Positions 17,737-27,399 are shown, numbered from the stretch's first letter. The stretch is 64,000 nucleotides of DNA from Intrasporangium sp. (GCF_040414665.1 NZ_JBEDUL010000010.1:10491-74490); one strand, 5' to 3'. Notes: generated from the letters alone by a model not told the origin. Made by a program: numbers and translations.

Positions 17737-19581
17737 TCAGCCGCCGCGCGCTCGCCGGCTGAGCTCCCGGTCCAGGGTGATCGCCGCGTTGATGAGGGCG
17801 AGGTGCGTGAACGCCTGCGGGAAGTTGCCGATCTGCTCTCCGCTCAGCGCGATCTCTTCCGAGTACAGGCCGAGGTGGTTGGCGTAGGTCAGCATCTTCT
17901 CGAAGGTGATGCGCGCCTTGTCGAGCCGGCCGGCCCCGGCGAGTGCCTCCACATACGTGAAGGTGCACAGCGAGAACGTGCCCTCTGAACCGCGCAGGCC
18001 GTCCGGCGACGCTTCGGGGTCGTACCGGTAGACGAGGCTGTCGGTGACGAGCTCCTCGTCCATCGCGTCGAGGGTGGACTGCCACATCGGGTCCGTCGGG
18101 CTGATGAAGCCGAGGGCGGCCATGCGCAGGAGGGACGCATCGAGCACGTGCGTGTCGAAGTGCTGCACGAACGCCTGCCGATCCGCACTCCAGCCCTTCT
18201 CCATGATCTGCCGGAACACCGCGTCCCGTGCGGCCGTCCAGTTCTCGATGGACGCTGGCCACCCTCGCTGGGTGGCCAGGCGGATGCCGCGGTCGAAGGC
18301 GACCCAGCTCATCAGGCGGCCGTAGGTGAAGTGCTGCCGCCCGCCGCGGGTCTCCCAGATGCCCTCCTCGGGCTGGTCCCAGTGGTCGACGAGCCAGTCG
18401 AGGACGGCGCAGACCTTGAGCCACCCCGCATAGTTCACCTGGAAGCCGCGTTGGTCCGCTGAGTACAGGCTGTCCATCATCTCGCCATAGATGTCGAGCT
18501 GCAGCTGGTCGGCGGCCCCGTTGCCGATCCGGACCGGGAAGGAATCGCGGTAGCCCGCCCAGTGCTCGAGACTCTCCTCGCTCAGCTCGCTGGACCCGTC
18601 GACGCGGTACATGATGTTCAGCGGCGCCCCGCCGTTCGTCTTGGTGTCCAGAACGCGCTCGCGCATCCACACGCCGAACGCAACGGCCTCCTCCATGAAG
18701 CCGAGCGCGAGCAGCGCGTACACCGAGAACGACGCGTCGCGGACCCACGTGAACCGGTAGTCCCAGTTGCGTTCGCCACCGATCTGCTCCGGCAGCGCGG
18801 CCGTCGGCGCGGCGACCAGTCCACCACTTGGCGCGTAGGTCATCAACTTGAGGGTGATGGCGGACCGGTTGACCATCTCCCGCCAGCGCCCCGTGTAGGT
18901 GGACTGCTCAAGCCATGTCGTCCAGAACTCCACGGTGCTGTTGAACAGGTCCCACACCTGCGCAACGCGCATCATGCGCGCCTCGCTCGACCCGACGTCG
19001 AGGACCATCCCGCGCGCCTCGCCGGTGCGCAGGGTCAGCTCGACACGCACGTCGCCGGACTCATCCGCGGCACCGCGACCCAGCTGCTCGTCCTCCGGTT
19101 CCCGGACGATGCTGACTGCCATCGTGGTGCTCGTTCCGCGGAAGACGACCCCGCCCTCGCTCACCTGCGTCTCGTGCGGCTCCCGGCCGTAGTCGAAGCG
19201 CGGGGCGATCTCGATGTCGAACGTCATCTCCCCGCGGATGCATCGCAGCATCCGCACGATCCGGTGGTGTTCCGCCGGCTCTCGCGCACTCGCCACGGGC
19301 ATGAAGTCGACCACCTCGCCGACACCCGCTTCGGTCAGGTACCTCGTGACGAGGACCGCCGTGTCGGGAAAGTAGAGCTGCTTGGTGGTGAAGGCGTCGC
19401 CGGTCGGTCGGATGCGAAAGTACCCGCCCTTGTCCTTGTCAAGCAGGGCCCCGAACACGCTCGGGGAGTCGAACCGGGGTGCGCAGAACCAGTCGATGGA
19501 ACCCTCCGTCGACACCAGGGCCGAGGTCTGGAGGTCCCCGATCAGCCCGTGGTCCTCGATGAGCGGGTATCCGTCCTTCAT
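17737..19581 (-). CDS. Glycoside hydrolase family 15 (glucoamylase/trehalase-like)
   Basis: N-terminal IEDHGLIGDLQTSALVSTEGSIDWFCAPRFDSPSVF and the (alpha/alpha)6-barrel region WDYRFTWVRDA are characteristic of GH15. Confidence 0.85.
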   Translation of the reverse strand: MKDGYPLIEDHGLIGDLQTSALVSTEGSIDWFCAPRFDSPSVFGALLDKDKGGYFRIRPTGDAFTTKQLYFPDTAVLVTRYLTEAGVGEVVDFMPVASAREPAEHHRIVRMLRCIRGEMTFDIEIAPRFDYGREPHETQVSEGGVVFRGTSTTMAVSIVREPEDEQLGRGAADESGDVRVELTLRTGEARGMVLDVGSSEARMMRVAQVWDLFNSTVEFWTTWLEQSTYTGRWREMVNRSAITLKLMTYAPSGGLVAAPTAALPEQIGGERNWDYRFTWVRDASFSVYALLALGFMEEAVAFGVWMRERVLDTKTNGGAPLNIMYRVDGSSELSEESLEHWAGYRDSFPVRIGNGAADQLQLDIYGEMMDSLYSADQRGFQVNYAGWLKVCAVLDWLVDHWDQPEEGIWETRGGRQHFTYGRLMSWVAFDRGIRLATQRGWPASIENWTAARDAVFRQIMEKGWSADRQAFVQHFDTHVLDASLLRMAALGFISPTDPMWQSTLDAMDEELVTDSLVYRYDPEASPDGLRGSEGTFSLCTFTYVEALAGAGRLDKARITFEKMLTYANHLGLYSEEIALSGEQIGNFPQAFTHLALINAAITLDRELSRRARGG

Positions 19582-19706
19582 GACGTGCCTCCTCGTCGGG
19601 TGCTCACCGATTCTTGGGCGGGCCGTCGTGACGCAGCATCATCCTGACCGGGTGAACCTGCCCGACATGCCCCGCATCGCACCAGACGCCGCCCTACAGT
19701 CGTCCC

Positions 19707-20366
19707 ATGGTGCTGAGCCGCTGGCAGCGACTGACCGAGTGGCCGTTGGTCGCCGCGGCCGTCGTCTTCACCGTGGTCTACGCGTGGTTGGTGATCACGA
19801 ACGTGCAGCCGCCCGATGACTCGCTGCCGCGTCTGGTCCTCGCCCTGATCTGGCTGCTCTTTGCCGCGGAGTACGCCGTCTGCGTGGTGCTCGCCCGACC
19901 CCGCGGCGAATGGGTTCGCACCCACCTGGGCCATCTCGGCGCCGTCGTGGTACCCACGCTGCGCCCGCTGCTCCTCCTGCGGCTGCTGCGGCTGTTCCCG
20001 TCGCTCCGCGCCGAGACGGCAGGAGCAGTGCGGACCCGCCTGTCGATCTACGGTGTGGCGACCACCGCACTGCTGGCCTTCATGGGTGCGCTCGCCGTGC
20101 TCGACGCCGAGCAGAACGCACCGGGGGCCAACATCCGTCACTTCGGTGATGCCCTCTGGTGGGTCGCAGTGACGGTCACGTCGGTCGGCTACGGCGACTA
20201 CTACCCGATCACCGGGAACGGTCGATGGGTGGCGACGGTCCTGATGTTCGGCGGGCTGGTGCTGCTCGGCGCCGTGGCCGCGACTCTCTCGTCCTGGCTC
20301 ATCGACCACGTTCGCAGTCGGCAGCGCAGGTCCGACGCGGATGGTTCGTCCCAGGGCCCCTGGTGA
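19707..20366 (+). CDS. Potassium channel family protein
   Basis: Selectivity filter TVTSVGYGD. There is an S4-like Arg/Leu repeat (RPLLLLRLLRLF) and several TM helices. Confidence 0.85.
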   Translation: MVLSRWQRLTEWPLVAAAVVFTVVYAWLVITNVQPPDDSLPRLVLALIWLLFAAEYAVCVVLARPRGEWVRTHLGHLGAVVVPTLRPLLLLRLLRLFPSLRAETAGAVRTRLSIYGVATTALLAFMGALAVLDAEQNAPGANIRHFGDALWWVAVTVTSVGYGDYYPITGNGRWVATVLMFGGLVLLGAVAATLSSWLIDHVRSRQRRSDADGSSQGPW

Positions 20367-20395
20367 GGGTGTCGACCGCCGGGTAGGACAGGGGT

Positions 20396-22015
20396 ATGGC
20401 CAAGGATCCGCACGCGCTCCTCGAGCCGTACCGTCGCAAGCGTGACTTCGGCCGGACGCCCGAGCCATCGGGCAGCGGAGCCAGGTCGGCGTCGCCGTCC
20501 GAGGACGGGCTGCGCCGCTTCGTCGTGCAGCGCCATCGGGCCCGTCGCCTCCACTACGACTTCCGCCTCGAGATGGACGGGGTGCTGGCGAGCTGGGCGG
20601 TACCCAAGGGTCCGACCCTCGACCCGGACGTGCGCCGCCTCGCCGTCCACGTCGAGGACCACCCCATGGAGTACGAGCTCTTCGAGGGCGTCATCCCGGC
20701 GGGGGAGTACGGCGGTGGCGACGTCATCGTCTGGGACCGCGGGACGTGGCGACCGCACGACACCGAGGACCCGGCAGCGGCGGTGCGCACGGGCGAGCTG
20801 CACCTGGACCTGTTCGGCGAGCGGCTTCGCGGCCGGTTCGCCCTGGTGCGCACCGGCCGCCCCGAACGCCCCTCGGACAAGGAGCAGTGGCTCCTCCTGC
20901 ACAAGCATGACGCCGATGCCGTCAGCGGCTGGGACGCAGAGGACCACCCGACATCCGTTCTCAGCGGCCGCACGAACGACGAGGTCAAGGCGGCACCGGA
21001 CCGGCTCTGGCGCTCGGACCTGCCGGCCGCCGAGGCCTCCGTGCCTGCAGACAACCAGCCCGGCGCCGGCCCGAGCGAGGACGATCTGGCGGCACTCGCC
21101 GACCTCGGTCGCCAAGGGACATGGGAGGTCTTTGGACGGACGCTCAAGGTCACCAACCTCGACAAGGAGCTGTTCCCCGCCCGACCCGGCGAGGAGCCGG
21201 TGACGAAGCGCGAGCTGCTCGCCTACGCAGCCCGGATCGCACCGGTCCTGCTGCCCTACCTGCGCGATCGTGCCCTCAACATGCATCGCTATCCCGACGG
21301 TGCGGCCCGGAAGGGCTTCTGGCACAAGGAGATCCCCGACCACGCCCCTGAATGGATCCGCCGCTGGCACAACGAGCAGGCAGATCCCGATGAGACCCAG
21401 CACTACGTTGTCGTCGACGAGCCGGCGACGCTCGTCTGGGTCGCTGGCTTCGGGGCGCTCGAGTGGCACCCGTGGACCTCGCCCACAGATGCGCCCGATC
21501 GGCCGTCCTACGTCCTGTTCGACATCGACCCGGGTGAGCGCACGTCTTGGGACGAGGTGGTCGAGCTTGCGCGCCTGCACCGCACGGCCTTCGAGCACCT
21601 GAACCTGCGGGCCTATCCCAAGGTGACCGGGCGGCGCGGCATCCAGGTGTGGGTGCCGATCGCCCGCGGTCCCGGTTTCGACGAGACGCGCGACTGGGCC
21701 GAGAGGGTCTCCAGGACGATCGGCGCTGTCCAGCCGGAGCTCGTCAGCTGGAAGTGGCAGAAGCGCGATCGACGCGGCCTGGCCCGTCTGGACTACACGC
21801 AGAACGCCGTCAACAAGACGCTCGTCGCGCCGTACAGTCCCCGGGCCTCGGCCGGTGCACCCGTGTCGGCTCCCATCACCTGGGACGAGCTCGACGACCC
21901 GGCCCTGCGCCCCGATCGGTTCACCATCCGGACCGTGCTCGACCGACTCGAGCAGCGCGGAGACCTCTTCCGCGGGGTCCTCGCCCAGGACCAGGCCCTG
22001 CCGGTCCTCCGCTGA
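20396..22015 (+). CDS. ligD: NHEJ LigD-type protein: 3'-phosphoesterase + polymerase/primase domains, no ligase domain
   Basis: The PE domain reads RFVVQRHRARRLHYDFRLEMDGVLASWAVPKGPTLDP. The Pol domain begins at LKVTNLDKELFP. No adenylation/OB ligase module is present in the ORF. Confidence 0.85.
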   Translation: MAKDPHALLEPYRRKRDFGRTPEPSGSGARSASPSEDGLRRFVVQRHRARRLHYDFRLEMDGVLASWAVPKGPTLDPDVRRLAVHVEDHPMEYELFEGVIPAGEYGGGDVIVWDRGTWRPHDTEDPAAAVRTGELHLDLFGERLRGRFALVRTGRPERPSDKEQWLLLHKHDADAVSGWDAEDHPTSVLSGRTNDEVKAAPDRLWRSDLPAAEASVPADNQPGAGPSEDDLAALADLGRQGTWEVFGRTLKVTNLDKELFPARPGEEPVTKRELLAYAARIAPVLLPYLRDRALNMHRYPDGAARKGFWHKEIPDHAPEWIRRWHNEQADPDETQHYVVVDEPATLVWVAGFGALEWHPWTSPTDAPDRPSYVLFDIDPGERTSWDEVVELARLHRTAFEHLNLRAYPKVTGRRGIQVWVPIARGPGFDETRDWAERVSRTIGAVQPELVSWKWQKRDRRGLARLDYTQNAVNKTLVAPYSPRASAGAPVSAPITWDELDDPALRPDRFTIRTVLDRLEQRGDLFRGVLAQDQALPVLR

Positions 22016-22035
22016 GGTCACTGCTGCGTCGTCCT

Positions 22036-22109
22036 CGACAATCGAGCCGGGGCGCGATGGTCGGCGCCACCCGGAGCGATGTCCCACCGACAACCGAGCC
22101 GGGGCGCGA
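22036..22109. repeat. Two 22-nt direct repeats (CGACAAYCGAGCCGGGGCGCGA) 52 nt apart
   Basis: The copies are at 22036-22057 and 22088-22109, in the convergent ligD/pyc intergenic region. Confidence 0.6.
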
Positions 22110-22143
22110 AAGGCGGAGCGACCGCTCAGACGCGGCAGCGACG

Positions 22144-25100
22144 TCAGCTGATGACGACGAGGAGGTCGCCACCTTCGACCTGCTGCTGTGCCGCTATCGC
22201 CAGCCGGGAGACGGTGCCGGCCGTTGGTGTCGTGATGTTGGCCTCCATCTTCATCGCCTCGATCGTCGCGACGACTCCTCCGGCCTCGACCGTGTCGCCG
22301 TCCGAGACGGTGAGGGTCACGACGCCGGCGAACGGTGCCGCGACCTGGCCGGGGACCCCCGGATCGGCCTTCTCGGCGGACTTGACGTCCGCTTCGACCG
22401 ACCGGTCCCGCACCTGAATCGGCCGGAACTGCCCGCCCAGCGTGCACATCACGGTGCGCAGACCCTTGGAGTCGGCCTCGCCGATCGACTGGACGCCGAT
22501 GATGAGGCGCTTGCCCTGCTCGATGTCGACCTCGTACTCCTCGCCGCTGACGAGGCCGTGGAGGAACTCGACGGTGCCCAGAAGGGAGAGGTCGCCGTAG
22601 GCCTCTCGGGAGGCTTCGAACTCCTTGGCCGGGGCGGGGAAGAGCAGGTGGTTCAGGGCGCGGCGTGGCTCGTCCGCCAACGCCTGCTCCTGCTCGGGCG
22701 TCAGCTCCGTGAGGCGCGGCTTGGCCTGGCGTCCCGCGAGGGCCTTGGTCCGGAACGGCTCGGGCCACCCGCCAGGCGGGTCACCCAGCTCACCGTTGAG
22801 GAAGCCGATGACCGAGTCCGGGATGTCGTACTTCTGCGGCTCCGACTCGAACTCCGCCGGGTCGGCACCGGCCCCCACGAGCGCGAGCGCGAGGTCGCCG
22901 ACGACCTTGCTGCTCGGCGTCACCTTGACGAGGTTGCCGAGGATCCGGTTGGCCGCGGCGTACATGTCCTCGATCGCCTCGAACCGGTCACCGAGGCCGA
23001 GGGCGATGGCCTGCTGGCGCAGGTTGGACAGCTGCCCGCCCGGGATCTCGTGGAAGTAGACGCGACCGGTGGGCGATTCCAGACCGGACTCGAAGGGCCG
23101 ATAGAGGTGCCGGGTCGCCTCCCAGTAGGGCTCGAGGGCGAAGACGTTCTGGATGTCGAGTCCGGTGGGCCGGTCGGTGTGGTCGGTCGCGGCGACGAGG
23201 GCGGACAGCGGCGGCTGGGACGTCGTCCCGGCCATGGTGGCGGTGGCGGCGTCGACGGCGTCGACTCCGGCACCGATCGCAGCGAGCAGCGTGCCGATCT
23301 GCCCACCGGCGGTGTCATGCGTGTGCAGGTGGACCGGAAGGTCGAAGCGCTCCCGGAGGGCGGTGACCAGCCGCGCTGCTGCCGGGGCCCGCAGCAGCCC
23401 GGCCATGTCCTTGATGGCGAGGACGTGCGCCCCCGTCTCGACGATTGCCTCCGCGAGCCGCAGGTAGTAGTCGAGGGTGTAGAGCTTCTCGTCCGGTGAG
23501 AGCAGGTCGCCGGTGTAGCAGAGTGCCACCTCGGCGACTGCCGTCCCCGTCTCGAGAACAGCCTCGACCGCCGGCCGCATCTGCGCCACGTCGTTGAGCG
23601 AGTCGAAGATGCGGAAGATGTCGAGCCCGGTGCGGGCGGCCTCGCGGACGAACGCGTCGGTGACGGCGGTGGGGTACGGCGTGTAGCCCACGGTGTTGCG
23701 CCCTCGCAGGAGCATCTGGAGCGGCACGTTGGGCATCGCCTCGCGGAGCGCCGCGAGACGCTCCCACGGGTCCTCGGCGAGGAACCGGAGCGCGACGTCG
23801 TAGGTCGCACCGCCCCACGCCTCGACGGACAGCAGCTGGGGCGTCAGGTGGGCGACGTGACCGGCGACGTGGAGCAGGTCGCGGGTGCGCATCCGGGTGG
23901 CGAGGAGCGACTGGTGGGCATCCCGGAAGGTCGTGTCCGTCACGCCCACCTCGGGCCGCTCGCGCAGACGCCGGGCGAACTCGGCGGGACCGACCTCGAG
24001 GAGCAGGTCACGGGCTCCCCGCGGCATCGGCTCGTCCGGGAGCGCAGGCAGCTTCTCGCGGGGGCGCACCCTCGTCGTCGCGGGGCCGTACGGCTGGTTG
24101 ACGGTGACGTCGGCGAGGTAGGTGAGCAGTCTGGTCGCCCGGTCGGCCGAGACCTTGGCGGTCAGCAGCTCGGGGCGCTCGTCGATGAACGAGGTCGTCG
24201 CCCGGCCGTCCCGGAAGGCGGGGTCCGCGAGCACGGCCTGCAGGAACGGGATGTTCGTCGCCACCCCCCGGATGCGGAACTCCGCGAGGGCCCGCTGTGC
24301 CCGGCGCACTGCAACGGGAAAGGTGCGTCCGCGGCACGTCAGCTTCACCAGCATCGAGTCGAAGTGGGCACTGACCTCCGCGCCGACGAAGATCGTGCCG
24401 CCGTCGAGTCGGACCCCGCTCCCCCCTGCGGACCGGTAGGTCGTGATGGTGCCGGCATCGGGGCGGAACCCGTTGGCCGGGTCCTCCGTCGTGATCCGGC
24501 ACTGCAGCGCGAAGCCGCGCGGCACGACGTCCTCCTGCCGGATCCCCAGGCTCTCCAGCGTCTCGCCCGAAGCGAGCTGCAGCTGCAGGACGACGAGGTC
24601 GATGTCCGTGATCTCCTCGGTGACCGTGTGCTCCACCTGGATGCGTGGGTTCATCTCGATGAAGACGTAGCGACCGTCCTCGCCGAGGAGGAACTCCACC
24701 GTGCCGGCGTTCCGGTAGCCGATCGACCGCGCGAAGTGGACTGCGTCCGCACAGATCCGCTCACGCAGCTCCGGATCGAGGTTCGGGGCGGGAGCGATCT
24801 CGACGACCTTCTGGTGCCGGCGCTGCACCGAGCAGTCACGCTCGAAGAGGTGGACGACCTGTCCGGCCGCGTCGGCCACCACCTGGACCTCGATGTGCCG
24901 GGGGTTCTGCACAGCCTCCTCGAGGTAGAGCGTCGGGTCGCCGAAGGCGGACTCGGCCTCCCGCTGGGCGACCCGGAGTGCCTCCGCGAGCACCTCAGGA
25001 CGGTCGACCCGACGCATGCCGCGTCCCCCGCCACCGGACACCGCCTTGACGAACAACGGGAAGCCGATCTCGCCGGCGGCCCCCTCCAGCTCGGAGAGGT

Positions 25101-25518
25101 CGGCGGTCGCCGCCGACCCGCGGAGCGTCGGCAGGCCCGCCTCGCGGGCGGCGGCGAGTGCCCGCGCCTTGTTGCCGGTCAGGTGCAGCACCGATGGCGG
25201 AGGACCGACGAACGTGATGCCGGCGCCTTCGCACGCCTCTGCCAGGCCGGGGTTCTCCGACAGGAAGCCGTAGCCCGGATAGATCGCGTCGGCGCCGGCC
25301 TCGACCGCTTGCGCCACGATCGCCTCGTGGTCGAGGTAGGCGCGGACGGGGTGACCCTGCTCGCCGATCTGGTAGGCCTCGTCGGCCTTGAGCCGGTGCT
25401 CCGACTTGCGGTCCTCGTAGGGGAACACGGCCACCGTGCGCGCGCCGAGCTCGGTCGCGGCCCGGAACGCCCGGACGGCGATCTCACCACGGTTGGCGAC
25501 GAGGACCTTGCGGAACAT
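22144..25518 (-). CDS. pyc: Pyruvate carboxylase
   Basis: 1124 aa. It has a biotin-carboxylase N-terminus (KVLVANRGEIAVRAFRA), a carboxyltransferase core and a C-terminal biotinyl motif EAMKME. Confidence 0.95.
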   Translation of the reverse strand: MFRKVLVANRGEIAVRAFRAATELGARTVAVFPYEDRKSEHRLKADEAYQIGEQGHPVRAYLDHEAIVAQAVEAGADAIYPGYGFLSENPGLAEACEGAGITFVGPPPSVLHLTGNKARALAAAREAGLPTLRGSAATADLSELEGAAGEIGFPLFVKAVSGGGGRGMRRVDRPEVLAEALRVAQREAESAFGDPTLYLEEAVQNPRHIEVQVVADAAGQVVHLFERDCSVQRRHQKVVEIAPAPNLDPELRERICADAVHFARSIGYRNAGTVEFLLGEDGRYVFIEMNPRIQVEHTVTEEITDIDLVVLQLQLASGETLESLGIRQEDVVPRGFALQCRITTEDPANGFRPDAGTITTYRSAGGSGVRLDGGTIFVGAEVSAHFDSMLVKLTCRGRTFPVAVRRAQRALAEFRIRGVATNIPFLQAVLADPAFRDGRATTSFIDERPELLTAKVSADRATRLLTYLADVTVNQPYGPATTRVRPREKLPALPDEPMPRGARDLLLEVGPAEFARRLRERPEVGVTDTTFRDAHQSLLATRMRTRDLLHVAGHVAHLTPQLLSVEAWGGATYDVALRFLAEDPWERLAALREAMPNVPLQMLLRGRNTVGYTPYPTAVTDAFVREAARTGLDIFRIFDSLNDVAQMRPAVEAVLETGTAVAEVALCYTGDLLSPDEKLYTLDYYLRLAEAIVETGAHVLAIKDMAGLLRAPAAARLVTALRERFDLPVHLHTHDTAGGQIGTLLAAIGAGVDAVDAATATMAGTTSQPPLSALVAATDHTDRPTGLDIQNVFALEPYWEATRHLYRPFESGLESPTGRVYFHEIPGGQLSNLRQQAIALGLGDRFEAIEDMYAAANRILGNLVKVTPSSKVVGDLALALVGAGADPAEFESEPQKYDIPDSVIGFLNGELGDPPGGWPEPFRTKALAGRQAKPRLTELTPEQEQALADEPRRALNHLLFPAPAKEFEASREAYGDLSLLGTVEFLHGLVSGEEYEVDIEQGKRLIIGVQSIGEADSKGLRTVMCTLGGQFRPIQVRDRSVEADVKSAEKADPGVPGQVAAPFAGVVTLTVSDGDTVEAGGVVATIEAMKMEANITTPTAGTVSRLAIAAQQQVEGGDLLVVIS

Positions 25519-25589
25519 GTGACCTCCAGGCGTCGACGGCGTGCGTCTGGCAGCCTAGTGGCGCGGCGTGCGCGTGACCCTGGCACCGA

Positions 25590-25605
25590 GCCCAGCGGCA
25601 TACGG
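25590..25605 (-). repeat. Dispersed motif copy M5 (reverse; ccgtatgccgctgggc)
   Basis: Exact core. It lies 71 nt upstream of the pyc start in the pyc orientation, and 111 nt upstream of the tmRNA 5' end. Confidence 0.8.
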
Positions 25606-25716
25606 CCGGAATGGGTGGTGGGAATGTGTGTGGCGGCACAGTCGTTACGGAGGCATACTGTGTTCTCGCAGTAGCGGCGTTTGACAAGTGCACAGCGTGA
25701 CGTGGACACCCCTCAT

Positions 25717-26083
25717 GGGGGTGATCGGTTTCGACGGTGGTCGACACACCAGGGGAAGCGGGTCGAGGATGCAGGGTTATCTCGTTAACGCTCCTTGCAA
25801 ACCAATAGGTGCCAACTCAAAGCGCACCGACTTCGCCCTCGCCGCCTGAGCGAGCCCCGAAGTCCGTCAGCCTGAGCTAGTTTCCGACTCAGTGCCTGGC
25901 GTCAGCTAGGAAACTTGCTGCGTGGTCATGTTGGGGGGCCGCGCGGGACTCTCACTCAACTGGGCCTGTCAGGGAACGTGTGCGCGCGAGCCCTGGGGCC
26001 GAGAAAAGCCATAGCGCACTGCACCCGGAGAAGTCCTGGTCTCTCGTCATCGGACGCGGGTTCAATTCCCGCCACCTCCACCA
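25717..26083 (+). ncRNA. ssrA: tmRNA (SsrA)
   Basis: The 5' end GGGGTGATCGGTTTCGACGG pairs with the 3' end, which has T-arm GGTTCAATTCCCGCC and terminal ACCTCCACCA. The tag ORF at 25811-25846 encodes ANSKRTDFALAA, followed by TGA. Confidence 0.95.
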
Positions 26084-26109
26084 CTTCGTGGTGGCCACGT
26101 CACGCTGTG

Positions 26110-26125
26110 CCGTATGCCGCTGGGC
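26110..26125 (+). repeat. Dispersed motif copy M6 (ccgtatgccgctgggc)
   Basis: Exact core preceded by GTG and followed by cgggtcccagccc. It lies 26 nt after the tmRNA 3' end and is a perfect complement of M5. Confidence 0.8.
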
Positions 26126-26167
26126 CGGGTCCCAGCCCGGACGTGCCTTCCCGCTTAGGGTGGGACC

Positions 26168-26968
26168 GTGCTGCGTGACCCGGACCTGATACCCGAGCCG
26201 TGGCGCTGGCGGCAGAGGTTCCGGCCGCACCCCTTGGTGGCGCTGCCGCTCTTTCCCCTCGTCGGGTTCCTGGTCATGCTCGCCCGCGCGATCGACGAAC
26301 CCAGCGTCCAGGCTTGGGTCTGGGTGGCGCACCTGCTCGCACTGACTCTCGTCGCGTCCGTCGCGTCGCCGTGGCACCTGCCGCGGCGGCCGATCCACGA
26401 CCCGGTCGGGCGGACCATCACGTTCCCCGCCCGCGCCCGGCTCGGGCTGATGCCCCTCGGGCTCGTCATCTGGGGCGTGGTGCTGCTCGTCCACTTCGAG
26501 CTGATGCGCCTGCTCGTCGTCGACCGACAGATCCGCTTCGGGGAGATCGACGTGCCGTGGTGGCTGACGCTGCCCACGGGTTTCGTGATGATCGCGCTCG
26601 GGCTGTCCGTCGCACGCCCGCCGGAGCTGCACCAGCTCATGGTCGGGGTCGACGGCCTGCACTTCGTGCACGGCAGGCAGGGCTTCTCGGCGCAATGGGA
26701 CCACATGCTGCGGATCGTGCCCACCCTCGAGCACCGGGTGCACCGCTGCCTCGAGGTGCACGGTCCCGGCCTCGTCGCCCGCGACGAGCACGGGCATCGC
26801 GGGCGGCCGACCGTCAATGCAGACGTGCTCGACTCGGACGCGGTGCGCCTGTGGCTGACCCTCGAGCACTACTACCGGCATCCCGCCGACCGCGAGGAGC
26901 TGGGCACGTCAGTGTGCCGGCAGCGTCGCGCGCAGTGGCGCCGGGTGTTGCCGCGCGAGATGGTCTGA
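26168..26968 (+). CDS. Hypothetical membrane protein (266 aa)
   Basis: High GC3. It has 4-5 hydrophobic helices followed by a soluble C-terminal domain. I recognise no family. Confidence 0.6.
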   Translation: MLRDPDLIPEPWRWRQRFRPHPLVALPLFPLVGFLVMLARAIDEPSVQAWVWVAHLLALTLVASVASPWHLPRRPIHDPVGRTITFPARARLGLMPLGLVIWGVVLLVHFELMRLLVVDRQIRFGEIDVPWWLTLPTGFVMIALGLSVARPPELHQLMVGVDGLHFVHGRQGFSAQWDHMLRIVPTLEHRVHRCLEVHGPGLVARDEHGHRGRPTVNADVLDSDAVRLWLTLEHYYRHPADREELGTSVCRQRRAQWRRVLPREMV

Positions 26969-27012
26969 GCAGCTGGCCAGACCCCCTGGCGTCGTGCCGG
27001 GGTCGCCGCCGG

Positions 27013-27399
27013 TCAGGCAGTGCCGCCCTTGGTGGCAGCCTCATGCGCGAGCTGCTCCTTGACCGGGCCCATGTCGAGCGCCTTGACCTGCTCGATGACG
27101 TTCTGCAGCGCAGACTGGGGCAGGGCGCCGGGCTGCGAGAAGACGAGCACACCCTCCTTGAACGCCATCAGCGTCGGGATCGAGGTGATGTTGGCGGCGC
27201 CGGCGAGCGCCTGCTCGGCCTCCGTGTCGACCTTGCCGAAGACGATGCCCTCGTTGTCGGTCTCATCCGATGCCGCGTCGTAGACGGGGGCGAACTGACG
27301 GCACGGCCCACACCACGCCGCCCAGAAGTCCACGAGGACGATGTCGTTGTCGAGGACCGTGCGCTCGAACGTCTCTGCGGTCAGCTCAGTGGTTGCCAT
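27013..27399 (-). CDS. Thioredoxin
   Basis: Active site WAAWCGPC within a thioredoxin fold, plus a ~20-aa C-terminal extension. Confidence 0.9.
   Translation of the reverse strand: MATTELTAETFERTVLDNDIVLVDFWAAWCGPCRQFAPVYDAASDETDNEGIVFGKVDTEAEQALAGAANITSIPTLMAFKEGVLVFSQPGALPQSALQNVIEQVKALDMGPVKEQLAHEAATKGGTA

Noticed and set aside
25681-25709. TTGACA at 25681 as the -35 element of a tmRNA promoter.
   Set aside because: At a 16-19-nt spacing there is no TANNNT-like -10 (the sequence is ggacac/gacacc), so the promoter cannot be supported.
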